The notes under the pieces: model-generated
Told to the model about the DNA's origin: nothing
The model's input: the letters and a program-made list of their open reading frames with translations, nothing else
Databases searched by the model: none
Assembly (NCBI GenBank): GCA_050613775.1
Contig: JBODTK010000134.1
Location: forward strand, 372,001-436,000
Reading direction: 5' to 3'
DNA from: Neocallimastix sp. 'constans'
Taxonomy: Eukaryota
DNA length: 64,000 nt
Shown: positions 55,742-64,000 of the stretch, piece after piece
Layout of the letters: every line of letters begins with the position of its first letter
Numbering within the stretch: the first letter of the stretch is position 1
Position numbers and translations under genes: made by a program

Positions 55742-56695
55742 ATAGGGTTCCAATTTAGAACGACTAAAATTTCGAACCAGAACTAAATCACCAATTTTAA
55801 TGTTTTTGGAATTTTTCATACTACTTTTTTCTTCTCTTCGATTTTCCCAATATTTACTTGCGTTCCTTACATTTTCAGCTGTTTCTAAAGTCCATCTATA
55901 ATGCGAGATAAATTTTTCTAAAAGGATTTCATCTGAGGATTTATTCACTCCTCTAGTAGGTTTAGCTGCAATGTCGAAAGGCTATTGATCTTCACGACCA
56001 TAAACTAATTCTTTGTAGTTCTAAGGGCCCACAAGGCCGAAGGTAATACCTCATCCCAGTCTTTATTTTCCTAACCATGTAAGTCTTAATAATTTACCGA
56101 TTTCTTTATTTCTATTTTCAACCAAACCATAATGACTTGAGGAACTCCATAAACCGGTTATTCCATAATTCTTTTCTGCTTTGGTTAAGCTACAGCTAAT
56201 GAAATGAATCGGGTATTCTATTTCCGACTCTTCTTTCTGCAATAAAACTCCAATACCTTCATATGATGCATCTGTACGAATAATGAATTCTTTGGAGAAA
56301 TAAGGATATTTAAAATAGGGGCATTAATTAATTTTTCTTTTAATTGGATAAAACTTTGTTCTTGTTCACTATTTCATTTATATTTTGCGCCTTTTCTTAA
56401 TAGCTTACAAAGAGGAGCTGAGGTTTGAGCATATTCATTTATAAAGTTCCTATAATATCCTACAACACCTAAGAATGATCTTAATTCATGTATATTAGTG
56501 GGTTCTTTCCAGGCTTTAATCACTTCGATTTTGCTATTTTGAGAACTAAGACCCTTAGTAGAAATCTTGTGACCAAGAACTTCAACTTCAGTTTGCATAA
56601 AATGACATTTTTCAAAATTAATTTTTAATTTATGTTCCTTGAAGATTGCAAATACTTGTTTTATGTGTTGGATATGTTCTTCGACAGTTTTTGAA
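55742..56695 (-). mobile_element. Decayed Gypsy pol: RT end, RNase H and integrase C-terminus, with internal deletion
   Basis: EVLGHKIS...LRSFLGVVGYYRNFI..YA..SAPL..LLRK, FIIRTDASYEGIGVLLQ and IGDLVLVRN..RSKLEPY. Confidence 0.9.
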
Positions 56696-59419
56696 TATTA
56701 TTAATAATAAAATTTTTTTTTTTTTTTTTTATTTAGAAATATTTTTATTTAAAATTCTTTTATTTTATATATAATTAAATTTTAAATTTTGTTTATTATT
56801 ATAATTATATTCTTATAATAATTACTCTTGATTTTCAAAATAAGGAAAATCAAGAATTATTTATAGTAAAATTCAAAATCTTAATAAATAACTTTTTAGG
56901 AAAAGATTTGGGAGAAAAACCTAAAAAGTTTAATGACCAATTATTAATAATATTGATCATATGTTAATTGAATAAAAACCTATTTTTTCCAATCAGAAAA
57001 CTTCAATTAACATTTGTTTTATTTTAATTAATTTTTAAACATTAATTATTCTATTTTCATTTGATTTGTTACATTATATTTTTTAATATAATTTTATAAT
57101 TATTTTTAAATTACAATTCTATAATTTATATTAGATTTGTTTAAAATTATATATTGTAATATTTTCGTTTCAATATATAAAATCAACCACTGAATATATA
57201 ACATCCAAAGGATGTACTCCAGTTGGAAATCAAAAAAAAAAAAAAAAAAAAAAAAAAATTAACAGTGAGAAGTTCAACTGAAACTGAATTCAACGTACAA
57301 CAGTCGATTTAATTGAAAAAAAATTATTTAATTCAATAATTTAAATAAAGAAATTAGAAGGATTAAAGCTATGTTTAATTATTTTATAATTATCGATGTT
57401 AGGGTTAGGGTAATGTAAACCATAATAATTATAAAATTATAAATCAAAAAAAATAATCGATCAAATGAAGGACAGAGCACTTAAATAAATCACATTTTAA
57501 GAAGACTCTTTTTGGTGGGGTTTGAATTAAGCGTAATCCAAATCTGATCTTTATGGATTTCATCATCACAATCATAAAATTTTACCTTTTTTTTTTTCGC
57601 TGTAACTTTGATAGATCTCGTAGAAAAAAATAAAAGGCATTTATAAAAATATAAACGATTCTATAAGTGAAAATTATGATTGTTTCGTTAAAATAGATGA
57701 ATAAATAAATGTATTATTAAATAAATTAATAAATAATAAAAATTATTATTACTATTATTTATAAAAACGAAATTAAATGATATGTGAACATTTTTTATAA
57801 TCAATGAATTAAGTTTTATTATAATCTTTTATTTAATATCTCAATAATAAATTTTATTAAGATTATTACTAAGAATTAATATCATTGCTATAATTAATTT
57901 AATAAGTTATGTTATTAATAATCTTACAAAGATTATAAGATATTGAAATTTCAATTACTTTCTATGCTAATTTTAATTATACTGTTAATTATTAATAATA
58001 TAATTAATTAATGCATTTAATCTTAATACATATATATTTATTAACTATATAAAATATATTAGTAAAATAATATTGATAAGTATATTTTAATAATTATTAA
58101 TAAAATATAACAAAATATTATAATGAATATATAAAAACACTAATACAAAATTTCTTTTTTATTTTATTTTATTTTATTTTTTATATTTATTATAATACCA
58201 TAAGCTGCAGGGCTTGATATAGTAATATTTAAAAAATGTTTTATTAAAATTTAAGTTTTATTATTAAATAAGGAATTAAAATAAAAAACATAAAGAAAAG
58301 AATATATTTTTATTAAGAATTTTACTCATATTTATATTTTTTTTCAAAAGTTTAAGTTATCAAAAAAGAATAGAAAATTATAGAATCAAAAATAAATAGA
58401 ATGAATATTATTTAATTAAACATAAGAACTATCAAGAAATTCAATTTCAAGGAAACTTCTAGATGTTTGAAAATAAAATTATAAAATAATATTAATAATA
58501 GGTATAAGTCAAACCCTAAATAGTTATAATTACTAATAACAATATCTAATAATATTTCTTGAAATTTGGTAAATCATGAATTAATAACCTTTATTTTATT
58601 ATAAATTTTAGTTATTAATTCTTTACTTTATATAGTACATTCCTATATTTTTAATTATAAAATAATAAAAATTATGAATTTAATAACATAAAACCTTATG
58701 TTTAAATACTGTATAATATATTTACGAAATAAACTATATTAAGAAAATAATTTATTTCTCTATAAATTAAATTAACCTTTATAAATAATCTAAATATTAA
58801 AATAATCTAAACTGATTAATTAAAATATTATTATTTTAAAATAAATAAATATTAATATATCTAGGGGTATTATTAGGATACCAATATTTTTAAGTAATTA
58901 TTTAAGTAATATATAAATTGAATTAAAGAATTAATATAATGTAAAATTAAAGGTTAATTTATAATAAAAATAAATAATAGTGCAATAATATAAAGTTAAT
59001 ATTATAATAAAAAATTATTAAATATAAAAAAAAATTTTTTAATACTATAATTTAAAATAATTAATGATAATCAATTTAATTGTTAAATTAATCTTTAAAT
59101 ATTTTTTAATAAGCTTAAAAATGCCAAAGAAAGTAGTAAAGCTATTTTGTATATATATATATTTTATAATTATTTCTAATTAAATTATTTTTAAATTATA
59201 TGTTATGATATATATATATCAATAAAAAGAATGAATTATTGATATAAAATTAATTCGATAATTCTAAAAATTATTTAATCTCTTAAGCAACTAATTATAG
59301 CTAAATTATAAAGAAAATATAAATACAATTCATTTTAAAAAAAAATTAGAAGTTAATAAAAAAAAGATTATTACAAAATAAGAATAAAAAATTTAATAAA
59401 AATAAAAAAAATAAAAATT

Positions 59420-59743
59420 AAATAATTTAGCAGGTCGAACATATCCCTACCTGCATATTTAATTTTTTTGTGTTATTTGAAACCCGAAACTTCCAAAATT
59501 GGTGGAGATATCGGGGATTAATTAGTTAGTAATCGGCCCTTCTCCTTACACTCGATTAAATCACTTGGAATTAAAGAAAAATCTATAATGTTTATTTTAG
59601 TTTGAAACGTTTACCTGAAGTACGTGAAAGATCAGGCAAAATCATATTAATTTATTATAACAAACGTACTATTAATAAAAAAAATTTTTTTCTTTGTTTA
59701 TAGTGATAATAAATGTAAAAATCAAAGTAAGGTTTTTTTTTTC

Positions 59744-59776
<33 letters not shown>

Positions 59777-60058
59777 TTCTACAGAAAAATCAAGAGGTGA
59801 GTTCCACAAGTAGGTTAGGTTTCAAAGGTAGATCCCACATGTAGATTTCAAAAAAAAAAAAAAAGTAGGTCCAAAAAATAGGTTCCAAATAAAAAAAAAT
59901 AAATTTCAAGAGTAGGTTGATTCCCCAATATCTTCTCCAATTTTGGTAGATTCGGGTTTTAAATAAACATAAAAATTAAATATAATTAAGTAGGTCAAAC
60001 ATATGCCTCTTCGTATTAATGTTTTTGTGTTATTTGAAACCTGGATCTTCCAATTTTG
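59420..60058. repeat. Inverted/direct repeat structure (MITE/foldback-like)
   Basis: aaacccgaaacttccaaaattggtggagatatcgggga (59480-59517) vs tccccaatatcttctccaattttggtagattcgggtttt (59922-59960); a direct copy follows at 59990-60058. Confidence 0.7.
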
Positions 60059-61292
60059 ATAAATAATTAAATTATAAAATCAAAATAATTAATAAATAAC
60101 AAATTCTTATTAAACTTAATCCAAAAATTAATTATTCTTAAAACTGAAGTCCATGAAAATTTAATTAAATATAAGTAAATTAAAATAAAATCATTAATAA
60201 TTTAATTAATCATTAACTATTTTAGTTATAACCAAAATAATTTATTAATTAATATTCTTTCAATTAAATAAAATTTAAATAAAAAAATAATATACTTGTA
60301 AATAATTAATAAATAATTTTTTTTTAAATAACTCTTAATAACAATTCTTATTAACATACAAAAATCTAAAATTTCATAATTAAATAGTTTTAAATTACTT
60401 TTGATTTTTTTATAATAATTAATATTTATTTATTTTATAACTCAATTTCAATTTTAGTTATTATTAAAATAACTTTATAAGCAAATTATAATTAAAACGC
60501 AATTTTTTTTATATTTATTTATAGTTATTATCTGTTAATTATTATATTTAATTTATTGTTTCTAAATGTAAATAATTAAAAATCAAGTAAAAATAAAAAA
60601 AATTATATAAAAAATTTCTTAAAAAAATTATTCTTTATTACTAAAATTTTTAATAGATTATAAATAATAAATATTTTATTTTATTAGCCTATTAGTTTCA
60701 ATAATCAATTTTTCATTATTAATTTGCATAAAAATTAAATAATTGAATAAATAAAATTTTAAAATTTTAAAATTAAATCAAACTTTCTTATAAAACAATT
60801 TTAGTGTTTTTAATAAAACATTTTTATTTAAAATTTTTTTTAACTTTCATTTTATTTTGTATTTTTGCTTTAATTCACTTTTATAAAATCTAATATTGTA
60901 AATTAAGAAGATTAGTATAAACCATTTTTGTTATGTCGCAAAAACAAAAATATAATATTTATAAAATCATTAGCTTAAATATTCATTAGTAAAATCAAAT
61001 AAGAAAAAATTATATATAAATAATAATAATTAGATTTAGAATAATACAAAAATATTAATGAAAATTAATTATATATTAATTGAACCAATAGGATTTAATG
61101 GCAATAATATATATATATAATATATATATAAATACAACTAAAAAGAAGAGAGTAAGAAAAGGGATTGAAAATTTTATTATTTTATAGAATAAGTTTAATA
61201 AGTTAGATTAATTAGAAAATACTTATTTGTGTTAAAAAAAATAAAAAAAATAGTAATTAATTTAAAATAAATACTTATTAAGGTTAAGGTTT

Positions 61293-62515
61293 AATACATC
61301 GATTTAAATAATGAAATTTACATGTATTTATATTTTTTCATGATTATATTATAATATATCGTTCCTATCTAATTTACATATATTATTATTCATTTATAAA
61401 CAAAACATTTATTAATAAATTTATTAAATAATAATTAACTAAAACTAAACAATAATTAAATTCAATAAGGACTCATTTATTATCTATTTATTATATAAAT
61501 TTTATTAATATTAATGTTTATATATTATTGATTCAAAATTATTTTTATAAACTATTTAAACTAATTTTAACTATTTGAAACTACTCTGAAATTAATTTTA
61601 AAGTATTTTAAACTAATTAAACTAAATTAACGAAGTTAAATAAAATAACTAAATTAAATAAACTAAACTAAATTAACTAATGTAATGATTTCTTATAGAA
61701 CGATTACACAAAAATACTATTAATAAAAATATACAATTAAATTTGTCTTATTAAAAAAAACTTCTTTTTTTATTAATATCACTTTATTAAAAATTCTTTT
61801 ATTAGTTATTAACTGTAAAATAGTTAATAACAACTACATTTCTTTAAAAATAAAATAATTTTACATGCATTTATATTTTTTCTTAATTATATTATAACAT
61901 ACTATTTCTATTTATTTAAACATATATTCAATATAAAATAAACAAAAACTAATCTAAAATTAAATAAAGTTATAAAATAATTAAATAATTAAAACTAATT
62001 CTATAAACTTTTTATTTAATTTGTTTTTACTCAAATTGAATAAGTGCTAATTTATTATTGATTTATTATTATTTTATTATTAATACTATTAATTATATAT
62101 TTACTATTTAATTTTATGACTATTAAACTATACTAAAATTAAACTAAACTAAAATTATTAAAATATTTTATTATTAAATTTTAAGTTTTTTAAAAATTAA
62201 TTTACAGATCGTAAAAATGTAAATTTATTATTAATTTGTATAAATCAATTCATTTCATAAATTAATATATTTTATATTTTACATAATTTATTGTATTAGC
62301 ATTACTTTGTAAACGTGAATTACAATAAATTAATGTGCTAAAGATATTGACCATATCTTTACACTGTAAAGATTTAATAAAATCTTTAATAATTAATTAT
62401 TACATAATTAATTAATGTAATAAAATAACATAAATTTATGATTTACGTATATGAAAATTAATTATAAATTTATGTAAACTTTTCATAAAGGATAAATTAT
62501 TATTTAAATAATTTA
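61293..62515. repeat. Three juxtaposed pieces of the TGTAA...TTACA repeat family (61293-61680 +, 61681-about 62320 +, 62364-62515 -)
   Basis: aatacatcgatttaaataatgaa matches 55265; tgtaatgatttc starts at 61681; tgtaaagatttaataaaatc starts at 62364. Confidence 0.7.
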
Positions 62516-63278
62516 TCAAAATTGTTCCAGAGGTCCAGAATATGCCTGTAACACCGATCGTGTTTATGTCTAATGTACTGCTGGAGATAATACATAGGAT
62601 TTGTTTCTATTTTTCTTTATATAAAAATATATAATTTATCGATGAATACTATTAGATATACAATTATTAGGAATAACATTTTATATATTTAAATATTATA
62701 TTATATATATAAATATAATAGATTTTAATTAAACAATAATGTATGATACATTTTTAATTTGTTTTAATTAAATATAAAATATATATAAATTAATGTACAA
62801 TAATTAAAAAAAAAATTTTTTTTTTATATTATAAAGTATTATAAAGTATATATATATATCATAAATATAAAAATTATTAATCACTTCAATAATATAATTA
62901 TACTACTAATAATAATAATCAATTTAAATAATGAAAAGTGGAAAAGTATACCGCTTTTATTTTGGAAAAATAAAAAAAAAAAAAAAAAAAAAAAAAAACG
63001 AAAAAAAAAAAAAAGAAATAAAAGATAGTGAAATAAAAAATATAAAAAAATATATTTTTGTTTTAATTTTATTATTTTAATTTTAATTATTGTTATTATT
63101 ATTAATATTATCATTATTAATGATATTATTATTTACTATTATTATTATTATCATTATTATTATTATTATTATTATTTATTAAATAACTTTTTTTTTTTTT
63201 TGAAATTTAAATACTATTTTACAGTTATCCTTCAATATATATATATATATATATATATTAATTTACAAAGCTAAGCTA

Positions 63279-63322
<44 letters not shown>

Positions 63323-64000
63323 CTAAGTAAAAGATGGATAATTAATCAATAATGATTCCAAAATATATATATATAAATATATATATATAATATATAAAAA
63401 TAAACAATTTTATTAATTTTTTGTTTTTAATGATGCAATAATTATCTATTCATATTACACTATGTATATATTAATATATTATCATCAAATATATAGATTA
63501 TACAGTTTATGTTAACTAATAGAAATGTATTTTTTTTGTATCCATAAAACGACGAATATAAAAGTTGGTAGATTTGAATTCCTCATGATAAAGTTAGAAT
63601 GTATATTTTATTTATTAAATATTTATTCTTTTATTTTATTAAATAATTTGAATTCATGATTTATAATTAATATAATATATTTTACTATTAATATTATGAT
63701 TAATATATGTTTACAAATAAATAAATTAAAGTTTTACATATAATAATATAATAATAATAAAAGATTAAAATTTTTTTTTAAAAAAAAAAAAAATAAAAAT
63801 AAGCTTAGTTCATACAATTTAAAATAAATATTTAATTTTATACATATTATATTATTTTAGACATTATGATAAATTTATAGTTGAGCTTTTGGTAGTCTCT
63901 AATTTTCTCAAATTTATTTTTCTTATAAGTCTTTACCTTGATTGATTTGCCACAATAGTTATTACAATCTGATAGATATCCCTTTTTATGTTATAGAAAC

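Noticed and set aside
57398..57412. Telomeric TTAGGG repeat
   Set aside because: Only two units; not distinguishable from chance.

Overview
Extremely AT-rich eukaryotic DNA. The fungal dockerin (CBM10-like) proteins, short AT-rich GT-AG introns and poly(A/T) spacers point to an anaerobic gut fungus (Neocallimastigomycota); this assignment is an inference. Host-type genes are few: an Fe-S scaffold ISU1/IscU (2 exons), a secreted SGNH/CE3-like esterase with two dockerins, a 2-exon secreted protein made only of four dockerin-like repeats plus a C-terminal membrane/GPI-type tail, and an orphan 368-aa ORF. The rest is mostly transposable-element debris: two decayed LINE copies, Copia and Gypsy/chromovirus fragments, a frameshifted Mutator element with a nested MITE, and solo LTRs. 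The highlight is a young, structurally complete 4.58-kb LTR element (44798-49375, minus strand). It has two apparently identical 217-bp LTRs, a 5-bp TSD (ATAGT), a PPT and a PBS matching the tRNA-Lys(CUU) anticodon arm. It has no recognisable gag/pol and instead carries one intact intronless gene for a secreted PPPDE/permuted papain-fold protein whose predicted catalytic Cys is Ser. An older cargo-less relative lies at 30601-32595. All calls were made by eye, with no database searches.
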